NCBI GenBank assembly: GCA_013265495.1
Contig: MU058714.1
Location: 1,118,001 to 1,178,000, forward strand
Source: Vicugna vicugna
Lineage: Eukaryota
Length of the DNA stretch: 60,000 nt
Reading direction: 5' to 3'
Positions 34,583-46,900 of the stretch are shown here, piece by piece. The stretch's first letter is position 1; each line of letters opens with the position of its first letter. The translations under genes and the position numbers were made by a program. The notes beneath the pieces are model-generated. The model saw only the letters and a program-made list of their open reading frames with translations, made no database searches and was not told where the DNA came from.

Positions 34583-35885
34583 ACACAGGGTTCTACCTTA
34601 AAAGACTGCAGGCAATAAAATGGAGGAGACCAGTGCTGGTAGCAGGGAGGAAATTAAACCAAAAAGGACACGTCTGTGAACGAAGGCTCCAGGTTAGGAG
34701 GGGGCACCAAGTGCTTCCTGAATATCGCTTCCCTTTTCTTTGCATCCTTGTGAAGCAGAGCGGTCCACGTGGGGCACCAACCCTGCGGAGGAAACCCTTG
34801 CCAGTCCCTGCTGTCTGCTGGGCCGACAGGCGTCTTGTGGGCCCATCTCTCTGAGCACTTGCACTTGAAAAGATGGCAGTCCAGGGATGGGGTGCTGGCA
34901 AGTGTCAGGTCCAGTTAAAGAGAAACGGTCGGATCTGGGGTTTTACAATGTAAAGCAAGTAATTCCTCTATGTTAGCATAATTTATGTAAGTATTTTTTT
35001 CAAGGGAATTGTACTGGGAACCCTGTGTGCCAACTTGATCAGCTTTCTCGGCAGAACCTCCCAGAAATCGCCTTCAGAACCCAAGCAGCTCCGACCCCTT
35101 GATCCACCGAGGAACGTTCCCCCTCCCCCCGGTTTTCCCACACAACAGGGTCCTTCCTGCCGCGCCCTCCCTTGGAATCCTCCCTCCCCAAGGAAACTCC
35201 CCCCAAGGAGGATCTTCTGCCACCAGGAGGATCCTCTCTGTCCCCGAGTTTCCGTCCCCACAGGATTCTCTCCCCACTCCCCACCCAAACCCTGCTTGAT
35301 GGCTGCCCCCTCCAGAATCTTCCCCCAAATCCTCCCTCCCGAGTCCTCTTGAGTCCTCTTCCGCAACCCTCCTTCCCCAGGGCCCACCCCTCTCCAGCAT
35401 TCTAGCCCCAAGCACTCACCTCAAGATGCACCCCTCCCAGGGTCCTCCCTCAGGGTCCACCCCTCTCCAGGGTCCTCCGTCCCCGGGGGTCCCCCCAAGG
35501 TCCTTACTCCCCCGAAGTCTAGCCTCCCTCCTGGGAAGGGTTGGCCGGGGTCGTGGTCGCCCAGCAGACCTACCTCTGAAAGTGCCGGGTCGTGGCCAGA
35601 CCCCCGGGACAGCTCGCCGGCCTCTCACCGTCCTTCGCCAAGCAGGCGTCCGAGCGCCAGGGACCCTCCCTGCCCAGCGCGGGTCCCTGACCCGAGCCGC
35701 CCTCGGGGGAGAGGCGCCCAGCACCCGGCCGCCACGACTCGCCACTTTGCGGAGTGTCGCCCCCTCGCGCGTTCGCGGCCGGCGTCCTTCGTCCCCCGCC
35801 ACCTTCTGCTCCTTTCTTCCTGCGCCACCCCGCCCCCGCCTCCCCGCCCCCAGCCCGGCTGTCGCCCGGGCCCCCAAGGCTGTTC

Positions 35886-36067
35886 NNNNNNNNNNNNNNN
35901 NNNNNNNNNNNNNNNNNNNNNNNNNNNNNNNNNNNNNNNNNNNNNNNNNNNNNNNNNNNNNNNNNNNNNNNNNNNNNNNNNNNNNNNNNNNNNNNNNNNN
36001 NNNNNNNNNNNNNNNNNNNNNNNNNNNNNNNNNNNNNNNNNNNNNNNNNNNNNNNNNNNNNNNNNNN
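35886..36067. other. Assembly gap (182 N)
   Basis: Run of n. Confidence 1.
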
Positions 36068-36074
36068 GGGGCCT

Positions 36075-36088
36075 GGGCGGCTATAAAG
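36075..36088 (+). promoter_or_regulatory. GC box (GGGCGG) and TATA box (TATAAAG) of BAIAP2
   Basis: gggcggcTATAAAG about 145 nt upstream of the ATG; implies a TSS near 36110-36115. Confidence 0.65.
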
Positions 36089-36228
36089 GTGGACGCCGGT
36101 CAGACGCCGCGTTTCTGGTCCGGCTCCGTGCGCTGCCTGCTGGCTCGGTTCGCCGCACCCGCCGTCGTCGCCGCCGCCACCGCTGCTCACGTCCCCACTC
36201 CGGTCCGTGGTGCAGCCGGACCAGCATC

Positions 36229-36282
36229 ATGTCGCTGTCTCGGTCGGAAGAGATGCACCGGCTCACAGAAAATGTCTACAAG
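36229..36282 (+). CDS. BAIAP2: BAIAP2 (IRSp53, I-BAR/IMD domain) coding exon 1
   Basis: MSLSRSEEMHRLTENVYK; AAG|gtgagc. Confidence 0.97.
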
Positions 36283-39200
36283 GTGAGCCCCGCGCCCTTG
36301 CGCCCGCCCGGGAAGGTGGGGGTACTGGGCCTTCAGGGGTCTTCCTGGTGCGGCCGCGGGGACCCAGAGCCGGCGGGGCACAGGTTGGCCCGGGCGCCCA
36401 CGCCCCGACAGCCCCGCGCTGCTCCCACGCGCCCCTCCACGGGCTTCTTCGTGCGCCCACCGCACGCCCCGGGACCGGAGCCCTCGGACCTGAGTAGGGC
36501 GCGGGCGAGGGGCTGCGGGGGTCCGGGGGCTGCGGGGGTCCGGGGCCGTGGCTGCCTGTCTCTCTACGCCCCGTGGTGGCTCCGCCGGGCGCGGTTACGC
36601 AAGCCTTGGGCACTTTTTTCTAAATAGGCTTTTCCTTTCCACAACTCCTTCCCGGGTGTTAATGGACATGGCCGTGTGGGAGGTCGCGCGCGGGCAGGTT
36701 GGATGGGTGGACAGATAATCCGTCATCTTATGTAACCGCGGAGGGAGAAGACTAATTGTGTAGGAGGCTGGCGCGCCTGCCTCTGCTTCTGATGTGTGAG
36801 GAGTCTTCTCGCATCCCCCGGTGCGGAACGCCAGTGTGGGTCTGAGCGCGCGCAGCCCGTGGACCCCCTCGCCGCCCCCGCCCGGGCCGTTTTTGCGCCT
36901 TGTGTGCAGGTTGACAGGCACCCAGGTTTCTGTTCCTCAGCATCCATTTTCTCGGCTTGGACCCCCACCCCCACCCCACAGACACAGACCCAGGCTCCCG
37001 GGGGCTCAGGGCTGTTCCCGGCGGCATTTCGTCGCGGGAGATTCATGCCCTGGGCGGTCCGCGCGGTCCTCTTACAAAACTGTGCTGTTTCAAAAGTGTG
37101 TCTGAAGGTTGAGCCTTAGGCCGAGGTTGGGGAGTTTGTGTTGACGCGGCGGTTGCTGGTTCATGGCGGCCGAATGGGATTGCAGCGCGCTGGCGGAGCA
37201 ACAGTTCCTAATTGTGCGGACAACTACGGCTGTGCCTCCTGAGCCAGCCGCCTGCCAAGCCCTCTTGGCCGCCCGGGGGGAGGCCTCGGGGCGTGGGGAG
37301 GGCTTTAGCTTTCGGCCGGAGTCCGAGGCGGCTGGAGTCTCACGGCTGCTAATGAAGGTCTTAAAGTTGCAGCTAGGTCACCTGGAGGAATCCTGAAGGC
37401 GGTCGGGATCGACTCAGTTCTGAAGCCATGTTAGAGCGGCGGGTAAACAGCAGACGGAGCAGCACGTGAAGGGAGCAGCCTTCAGGGTTTTTGTGTTAGT
37501 ACCGCGTAGAGTCGGCGGCATGCGCTTTTGGCGGTGTTGCTCTGTAAGAAATGCTGTCAAGGGAAGGAGGTTTATTGAATTATTAGTCATTAGTTTTGTT
37601 ACGAGTTGCTCATTATTGCAGGGACTGGGAGAGAAGTGCCAGTGGTGGCAATTTTCTTTCCTGTTTTCCCTGTTTCTGCACTGAAACCATTAAACAGGAA
37701 CTTTCTCGGCAAGAACTAGGAGGGGTTCGTGGCGTGGCTTTGCTCTGGGGAATCCCAGGATCACCCTTAATGGAAGTCTCCCAGCTGGGCAGTCGGATGC
37801 ATGTAGTTGCAGCAAGGCAGCTTCTAGACCGAGGTGTGATTTGTTTGGAGGTCTGAAGTGAGGTCTGTCGGCAGGATGGTGGCAGAAAACTGTTAAGATT
37901 CGAGTGTTTGGGGACTTTCAGCAGACCAGAGGGTTTTGGGGGCGTATTCAACAGGCAGGACTGTGGTTTGTGCTCGGAGGGTCAGCTGACAAGTGAGCCT
38001 CCTATGGAAGGGTGTGGCAGAGACCCAGCATTTTTGGGTGGGACACGTTGGGAGGCAGGTGTCTGCAGAGCGGGCTGCAGGGCTCGGTGGGCAGGCGGGG
38101 TTTGCGGGCGGTGCGCCGCCGCCCTGCGGCCTGACCTCCTAGGCTTCCAGTGCAGCGCTGTTGCTGCTTGTGGTTTGTCCCTGGGGAGCTCGTGGCCCCA
38201 CCGCAGAGTCGGTGCAGCTCCGATGGCTTTGGCACGCCGGCCGGGCGGACATGGCCCACACGAGGCGCAGTCAGACCGCGGGCCCAGGCGGGTCTGTCCG
38301 GGACGCTGCCGCCTCTGTGCCTGGGCTGGCAGCTTGTGGGAGAGTGGCTGGGAGTGGCCCTACTTGATGTCGCCCCCTGCTGCGGTTCTGCTGTTCGCTT
38401 TGGCCCCTCTGTCCACTCAGCTGCAGTTCCGCGTGGTGGTTGCCTTGGCAGAGAACGGCGTGACGGGGACGCTTGTCCTTGGCCTCCTTGGTTAAAAATG
38501 CGAGAATGAAATGCAGTTTTGACTCTCCTTGGAAGACTCGCTAGTGCTAAACTTAATCTCTCTCCCTGTAGCCTGGCTCCCGTGGGAGCTGTGTCCTCGG
38601 GGAACTTCATGGAAGATGAAAGGCTGAGGCTCGAGAGGTCTGCTAACTCGCCCTCAGACCCTGGGCAGAGGGACAGGGACTGAAGCCCTCCGGGCTTTCC
38701 TGGGGCAGGCCTGGGGCTGGGCCCCTGGGGATGTGGGTGCGCGCAGCGGAGCTTGCAGCCCCAGCGGCCCTGAGCAGTTGCCCTGGGCAAGGGACAGAGG
38801 TGCGGGGTTTGCTGTGCTGCTTAGAATGAAGCTCAAACTGAGCCCTCTTGGGAGACATGCCAGGCACCCCCAGGTGCTGGGGCGGCCCTTTCTCAGCAGC
38901 TGACCTTGGCTCCCGGCTTCGGGGGATTGACTGTCAAGGTGGTGTTTTTTTTCGTGGTCCTTTATCCCAAGAGGAGCCCTGGTTTCAGGCAGCCTAATGA
39001 CCTTGGAGGGTAGTGGTTCCAGAAACAGCACTGTGGGCCTCCATGTTGTCCTGAGGATTTGTTGGGAGGGGGACAGCTTGGGGATGAGGAAGCCCTACGA
39101 AGGCCTCGGGCGTGGTTGTTCACCGCGTTTTGTGTCTTGCTCCGCACAGCAGGGCTGGTTACCAGAGGCTGTCTGGTCATCCTCGCTCTGCGGCTGTTGT

Positions 39201-41984
39201 GGGGAAGCCGTCCTGGCCGTGCTGAAGCCGTCCCTTGAAGGTGGCTGTCGCCAGTGGGTTCTTGCAGCCAGCATTGGTTGGCTTTGTCTTGGCAGGTGTG
39301 AGGTGGGTCATCGGTGCTGGCAGGAAGGGCCCACCTGGACAGGTGAGAGCCCAGTGCCAGCTGGGCAGTCACACCAGACAGTTGGCCACCATCAGAAGCC
39401 TGGCACCTGGACTGGCTCTGGCTCCCAGTCAGGGGTGGTGAAGTGGACTTTCTGATGGGCGCTTCCTTGGCAACAGAAGTGCCCGCTGGGGAGCAGAGCT
39501 GGTGCTCTGCGTGTGCATGTGGTATGTGCTTGTGTGTGTGGGAGCCTGTGTGCACACATGTGCATGCAAATGCCTGCTTTGTGTGTTCAGGGGCGTGTGC
39601 ACAAGGTAGTTTAGGGGCTCCTTGCCTTGTTGAGGTGGCATCTTCCTACGAGACGGTGGGCCCTGCTGTCCCTGAGTGGACTCGAGCCTCCGCTCCCTGG
39701 AGTGCTGCGTGGCACCATTGCGTCTCCCGTCCTCTCTGGAGTAGCCAGGGCAGCAGGGGTGGTTTTCTGTCACAATGACCTCTGAGTAGACTGGCTTCAG
39801 CAGCTGCTGGTGCCCAGGTCACGTCCCAGAGGTCGTGGGCTCCAAGGCACAGGGCTCTTGTTGCTGGCCTGTGTGCACGTGTGCTGACGGGTCTGAGGGA
39901 GTGACCTGGGGTCCGGCGGCTCTGCAGAGCTCCACCCTGGGCCAGGAGTGTCTTGTCTGTACCACGGTCCCTGTGGATCTTGCCCTGAGAATATGTCCTT
40001 TGATGGGGGTGCAGCTTGGCTTGTGGGACCGACTATGTGCATGCGAGGCTCCAGGTGGAGGCTCATGGGGCGTCAGTGGGGAGGCCCGAGGGGTGCTGCA
40101 GGAGCTGTGTTCTAGTTGCTACCTTGCCTCAGACTAAGGCTTGCTGAGGGCAGGCCTTGTCCAGCGGGCCTTCTCCCTAGCTCTCCGGCACAGGTGGTGC
40201 TGGGGGGCTACCCAGGTCGGGGCTTTTCAAGGGCAGTGGAGGACTGACCGCTGAGCAGAGGGCCACATCCCCTGCCGAGTACAGGGAGGTGGGCTGGCAG
40301 GGGGCTCGGGGCCTGGCTGGCAGTCCCCTCCAGTTTGCAGGTCTGGGGAGCCATGCTTGGGACCAGGAGGGTGGCAGGCAGGGCTGGCCTTGTCACTCGC
40401 CCATCCCCGCCAGGCTTGCATGGCCCTCGGCCCGGGCTGCCTGTGCTGTCCTCCGGAGGGCACACCTGAGCAGTGATCTGGTGGGGGTCCTTGGGTCATT
40501 GGCCGCTGGCTCCTGTTCTGTGTCCTTGGCCCACCCCACGTGGCCTTCCTGGGCACTTCCCCTCGGGCCTCAGATGGGGGAGGCTGTCCTCGTCACGATG
40601 CAGGCCTGTGTCCTCTGGACACTGCCTGGGTGCCTTGGGTGGGGCTGTCCGCACTGCGCTGCCATCTGTCCGCACTGCGCTGTCCACGGGCATGGACCAC
40701 CCCGGCTCCTTCCTCCAGCACGCTCCCGGCCCCGATGTGTGCGCAACTGGGAGATGGCGCGAGGCCCCAACTCTTAGGGGGCACAGTGTGCACAGGGGTG
40801 CACCCTGTCCCCCCAGGCGCCCAGGGGCTCCAGCCAGCAGGCCTGGGAGGAGGTTGGCTCCCAGGTATCTCTTAGTGGAGGAGATGCTGTCCCCACCTGT
40901 CCTGCTTCTGAGTAACCAGGTGTGGTGACTCGGGACCCATGTGGCCCCTGATTGTGGGGCCCCCCGCCTGGAACTGACTGGCCCATGGGTGTCAGTGCTT
41001 GGGGACAAGTGAGCCTGGTGTCTGCGTCTCTGTCTGACACTGCCATGGTCTGTTTTCTCAGCAGTGGCCCAGAGCCCTGTGGGTTTTGAGGGAGGTGGCA
41101 GGCTCGTGTCCCCACGCAGAGTTCCTTTTTCTCAGGGTTTGAAGGCAGGTCGAGGTGTTGGCTGGGAAGCACCTGGGCCTGCTGTGTCCTGGGCGCCTGG
41201 GGTGGCAGCTGGCGGTGCGCAGGTGGGGCCTGACGGGAGACCAAGTCCTGTGTCTGGGAAGGGAAAACCTTGGGAGCAGGCAGGGGGTCTGCACCTGCAT
41301 GTGAGCATCCAGCGGGCGGCCTGAGGTGTCGGCAGGACCCTGAGGGTAGTCAGGGTCCCACGCTGGCCCCTCCCAGCTTTCGCTGCAGGAGCCATCCTGT
41401 CTTGGAAATCTGTCTGGTCCTTGCTCCTGTGGGACGTCCGGCGAACCTCGCCTTTTCTGCCTCGGGCTCTGGTCGTGTGGAGCCTCGCTCCTGCAGTGAG
41501 CACAGGGCCCGGGGTGGTCCCGGGGCCCCGCAGGCTCCCCTTTTGGCTCCAGGGCCTGCTGGGGGCGTAGGGGCACCAGTCCCAACGTCCTGGGCTGTGA
41601 AGTGAGTGTCCCCAGGGGCCCTCCCGCAGACCCCCAGGGCCAGGTGTGTGAGGGGCACCCGTGCCCGGGGATCTGCGGACCCTGAGCTGTAAGGTGCCGG
41701 GAGAGGCCGTGCTCTGCGAGGAGGAGTCGGGGCCCCAGTCGGGAAAGAGCGTTTTACTCTCGCTTCGATTAGTTACTTTTTAGGTACAAAAAGTCCTCTT
41801 GGAACTGTTCGGACAGGTTTTTAAAAGTCGTGTATCAAGTGCACGTGGAGTAAATCAGCAGGGTTTTCCTAGAACCTCTTTGGAGCTTCGTTTCAGTGCG
41901 GCCGTCAGGGTCAGGACGCCCTCTGGGCCCACCTTGGCCATCCAGGGGTTGGTAATGGGGGTTTCCTTCCAAGGCCTCAGACCC

Positions 41985-42163
41985 TCGTTTTGCTGTTTTT
42001 TTGTTTTGTTTTGTTTCTATTTTTTGCTTTTTTTTTTTTTTGACAGCGGAGGTAATTAGGTTTGTGTTTATGTATTGTTTTTAATTGTTGGAGACATCGG
42101 GGATTGAACCCTGGGCCTCGGGCGTGCGAAGCATGCGCTCTACCGCTGAGCTACGCCCACCCC
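41985..42163 (-). mobile_element. tRNA-derived SINE (camelid Vic-1-like)
   Basis: Poly-T, ggaggtaattaggt, antisense B box ggggattgaacc and A box ccgctgagcta. Confidence 0.85.
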
Positions 42164-43699
42164 TTCTGCCATTTTTGTTGCTGGCGTTTTCTTGTTTCTT
42201 GATCAAAGGAGGGTTCCCAACAGCCGGGATCCCTGTTCTCCTTCGTCCCTAAGTGGTTTATGGGTGCAATGTCCCCACTTGCCCCGTCCAGCTGTGCCAG
42301 GGACAGTCACCTGGCAAGTCTGTGCTGGGTGGCGACACACATGATGGATCGTGAAACGTGCTGGGCTTTCGCAGGTGTCTGTGCCGTGAAAGAAGCCGAC
42401 GTCTTGGCATTGGAATGGGGGTGGGAGCTTGGTGGGGGAGAGGGTGTGTCCTCAGCCCTGGGAGCTGGAATTCCGCCCAGAGGCTGTCAGAGCTGACCTG
42501 CTAAGGTGAGATGGCCTTGCTGCTTTGAGCGAGTGGGGCTTTTAGAAGAAGGGGTGTGGTGTGCTCGAGGTGGAGGGCCGGGGGCCCCTCTGCACTCGCT
42601 GCCCCTGCCCAGTGGACACCCTGGCAGAACGGGTCTGTTGTCCACACCTCCGTTTATTCTCACTTGCTCCCTCCCAGGGGAGATGGCGTCCTTTGCAGTC
42701 CAGGGACCGATGAAACTCAGGCCACGGCCCATCCGGCCCTTGGGAATCCAGGGTCTTGCCGGCCCCAGCTAGCAGGTGGTCCGGTGGAGGCGGCCCAGCC
42801 AGGGCAGGAGTTCTGCATTCGGGCTTCTTGCCCCGGCGCTGCTGGGGAGGGACTGACGACGGTGCCTGGGCCCGGATGGTCTCATGCTCTCTCTGGTTGC
42901 GGCTCTGCGCTGAGGGGAGGGGGCACACTGGCCACGGCCACTTGGGCTTTGCTGTCTGCTGGTAATTGCGAGTTGTCGTGAGGAGCCTTTGATGGTTGCT
43001 CAGGCCCAGCGCCGTTCAAGGGTGGTGTGTGTCCGCATTTGTCCCTGACCCCGCTTTGCGAGGGGCCCTGGGTGTCCCAGCGGGTGGGGGAGCCTTCGGC
43101 GTGTGGGTGGCACGTCCCAGCCGTCAGGGTGCTCGGCTGAGCCCGGGCTGGAGCCAGGCCTGCCCTTCTGTCTTCCCATTTGAGAATCCCACGGGCCTCA
43201 GGCAGGGGTGTTTCGGTTCTGAGTCACCATTTTCTTACCCGTGGAGCCCTTCCTGGCCGTAGGGCATGTTGGGTGAGTGGTGACGGCGGTGGGCAGCTTT
43301 GAGGATGGGAAGTCCCTCAAGGGGCAGGAGGTCCGTGGCGAGGGCGGGGAGACCCATGCTGAGGCCTCCGTCATCGCTGTCTGACTTCCCGGGTGCCACG
43401 TGGCCCGCGGCCCGCCAGCGCGTCCTGCCTGGCGGTGGGCGGTGGGCGGTGGGCGGAGGGCAGCCCCGGAGTCGCGGGCCGCGTCCCTGATGGCTCATGG
43501 CGTTTCTCGTCCCGCGGGGAGCCCGGCCTCCTGGAACTCGGTTGGAGCCTTCCTAGGGGCAAGGACGTGTCAGTGGCCTGGGAATGTTCTAACTGGTCAG
43601 GCAGTAACTAGAGCTGGTTGTGTTGTCGGCGGTGATACGAGCACTGAGGGCAGGGCCTGAGCGAGGCTGGTGGGGATCAGCCCGGGGGCGACCTCCTGG

Positions 43700-43975
43700 G
43701 GCTGCCAGGCGGCTGGCGCGCCTTTGACCCTGTCTCGCGGGGGGCTGGGCTCCAGGTGTCAGCGGGGCAGGGCCTCTGCCTCTCCCGGGGCGTGTGCGGG
43801 CCTCCCCCCGCGTCCTCACTGGGTCGTCCTCCGCGTGTCTGTGCCGTGATCTCTTCTCAGAAGGGCACCAGTCCTGTGGGATTAGGGCCTACGCACGTGA
43901 CCTCATTTTACCTTGGTCGTCTCTGTAAAGATCCTCTCCGCATAGTCGCCTCTGAGGTGCTGGAGTTAGGGACAG
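43700..43975 (-). mobile_element. MaLR MLT1 LTR, GC-shifted
   Basis: ctcttctcagaagggcaccagtc...ggattagggcc...gacctcattttaccttg...ctctgtaaaga...tctgaggtgctggagttaggg. Confidence 0.7.
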
Positions 43976-46900
43976 AGTCAGCCCCTGTCACCCGGCAGCC
44001 GAGGGGCAGCGGGCTGGGACTCCTGGGCCCGCAGAGACCTGTGTGTTTCCAGGCTGGTGAAGCGCTTCCCTGCTGCGCGGTCGGGGGTGGTGCTCTGTTA
44101 CGGCACCGGCACCGGGAAGACCCCCAGGAGCGTGCCATGGTCTCCTCGTGAGAGTGACTGCGGGGAGCACAGGCTCCAGCCTAGTGCTGACCCAGACGGA
44201 AGGCATCTGGCGGGCAGGTGCCCTGGTGCGGGGCCGAGCAGTCGGGCCAGGTGTGGCCAGGCCCAGACACTGGCAGGCAGGTGTCTGGTGCTCATGGGGC
44301 CGTGCCCCACCGTAGTCGGGACGGCCAGACGTGCGTCTGGATAGGAAGGAAGTGGCCAGGCTGGTGGGGCCCGTTTGGATCCTGCCGTGTGGCTCCTGTT
44401 CTGGCGGGGTTTGTCCAGTTCCTGTGGGGCGGCTCTCCCCGTGGGACAGACCCCGCCTGGTGCTCACTGTCCCCCTCCAGCCTGAGCCCACTTTGGGGCT
44501 CGTTGTGCTCATCAGGAGGGGTCAGTTGGGCTTGGGACACCTGAGAACCCAGGTCCCGAGAGAAGGCTGGGGTGCGGGGCAGGGGTCCAAGGCCCTAGGA
44601 CTTGGTGGTGCTGCTCGGCCCCATGAGTGGATGGGGAACTTAGGGAGCTCGGCCGCTCCTTCCTCATCGCACGGAGCGGGAAAGGCCCTGCCCTCAGACC
44701 AGGACCTGGAGAGTTGGCCAGAATTTTGCCTTTTTCCTCAGGTCACCCATCCTGTGGTTTGGGGCCTCCCAGATCCCCTAGCACGGGACCTGCCCCTCGG
44801 CCCCTCCTCGTAGGAGGCCAGTGTGCTCCGGGTGTCACTCTGGGCACTGTGTCACAGTCACGAGTTGTCACTTTATTATAACATTGGCAGCTTCCCAGGA
44901 AGCTTACGGAGGCTGAGAACCACGGTTTTGCTGCAGGGCGGCTTCTTGGCCGTTACCACCCCCTCCTCACCCTTGGCTGGGCTGTGGGTCCAGCAGGAGC
45001 CCCCGCTACAGTATGAGGGCCACCGCAGCTGCCCTGCAGGTCTCTCCTCTGGCTCCCGGAAGGGCTGGCTGTGCTCCCCCGCAGCCCACCCCTCACTTGA
45101 GGGCGAGGGGCTGTCCCAGGGCAGCACGGGGCCTTGCTTGGTTCTGTTGCAAACGCTCTTTTGTGCACTCTCCACGGGAGGCTGCATCACTCTCGGACTC
45201 CCCATGCTCTGGGGGGCAGGCCCTTGTCCCATCTGGGGGCTATCGGACTTAGAACGTGCATGTTTGGCGTGGGGGGCCCTTGTGGTTTGTGGGGTCTCAT
45301 GGCCCCTGGGGGCATCCTGTGCAGGGCATGGGGAGGGGAGCCTAGTGCTGTTGAGGTAAAATCCGTCTGTGTTGAGTGCTACTTCTGTCCCTATTCCTCT
45401 GGGGGCCTTTCCCGTGGCCCCCACGCACCTTCGCTCTTCCATCCTCACCTCACTGGCTGTTTATTCTGGAAACGTTTGTGTCCTCTCACTTTCTAAAGTG
45501 CAAACCCATTGTCATCCTCGTGAGTCCAGCCGAGAGAGAGCCAGCTGCAGATCTGCCTCCTCCAGGAAGCTCTCCCAGCACTAACAGAACTCCTGGAGTT
45601 GGTTTTCTTCCTTCCAGATGGTCCCCAAGACAGACGTCCAAGTTATCAGAGGGGTGCAGAGCCTTCTCCTGCCAAGCCCCGCCCGCTCACCGCCCACCAC
45701 CAGGCGAGAGTCCTGTAGAGCAGCCGGAGAAGGCAGGCTTCCTGGCTCAGGACGGGGGTTCCTCTTGCAGTGTGAGCGGGCCCACTGCCCAGGGCCTTGG
45801 GTGTTGTGCTCCTGGGGGAGCAGCTGCAGCGGGTAGAAGGAGGCTCCTATGGAGGGCCGCTGTCGCCTTGCCCTGGCAGCTTCTGGGCGGTGACACTGTT
45901 GGACGCGGGTGGCTGGTCCCCAAGCTGGTGGCTGCTCCTCCTGCCGCAGAGGTGGGAGGTGGGGGCAGTCGAGCACCAGGCCCGTCCCTCTGGTGGCCAG
46001 GTACCCTGGCACCGGCCCTCACCCTTGTTCTGGCGTTGCCGGAACGTGGCTCCTGAGGGAGCTCAGGGCTGGCGGAGCTGCCAGGTGACACCTAGTCTTT
46101 TCTTGCTGGCCTCTGCAGCCCGAGGAGGGAGGGACGAGCTGGACCGTGAAGGCAGCCTGCAGTTGAAGCCAAGACTGGCTCCACCAGGGCCCAGCTGGCA
46201 GGCTCTTAATCCCCTTGGTCCCCCTGTGAGATGGGGCAGTGGCACCCACAGTCCGTCCAGTGGGGATTCATGGTGATCAGGGTACAAGGCTGTCCCTCCC
46301 TGGGTGGCAGAGAGGGTCCCAGCATGGTCTCGTCCTTAAGTTTGTCCTTCCAGGGATCGAGTGTGTAGAGAGAGCACAGCCTGGCTCGGCCGCATGTACG
46401 CAGGCGCACGTGTGCGTGGGATGCAGGCAGACACGCCCGCCTTCTTCGGCAGCAGGAGGCTCGTCACTTCCTCCGTGCCTGTGGCAGTCCTGCCAGGAAG
46501 GTGCTGGGGTGGGGGTGGGGGTGCGTCGCCAGGAGCGGAGCTGAGGGATAAACAGGATCCCCAGCGGGTGAACAACGGACCCCGGGCGCAGGCAGCGCAG
46601 TCCCTTGGCTGAGCTCCCTTCTACAGTTGTGCTGGTCTCTCTAATTGTGACGCAGAGTTGGAGATGGGGTGTCCTGCAGCCCTGGGTCTTCATTGGCTGT
46701 GGAGACCCAGGACCCAAGTCAGTCAAAGTGGTTGTCACCGTGCAGGCCGCCAGGATGCCCGGGAGTTGAGCAGGTGGGAAGGCCTCTGTCCGGGCCGGCG
46801 GCTCCCAGGGTCCTGCCGACACTGCCCGTGCAGCTGAGCTCGGCCCCTCTCATCCCTTGTGTAGACACACAGGGCTGGGGTCCCAGGGTGGATGGGGCAG

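Larger units (their letters stand above)
35540..37450. promoter_or_regulatory. CpG island / promoter of BAIAP2
   Basis: Dense CpG on both sides of the gap, several GC boxes (ccgccccc), spans exon 1. Confidence 0.9.

Noticed and set aside
36510..36548. 18-bp tandem duplication in BAIAP2 intron 1 (also a 21-bp duplication at about 40646-40685)
   Set aside because: Two-copy slippage duplications with no evident function
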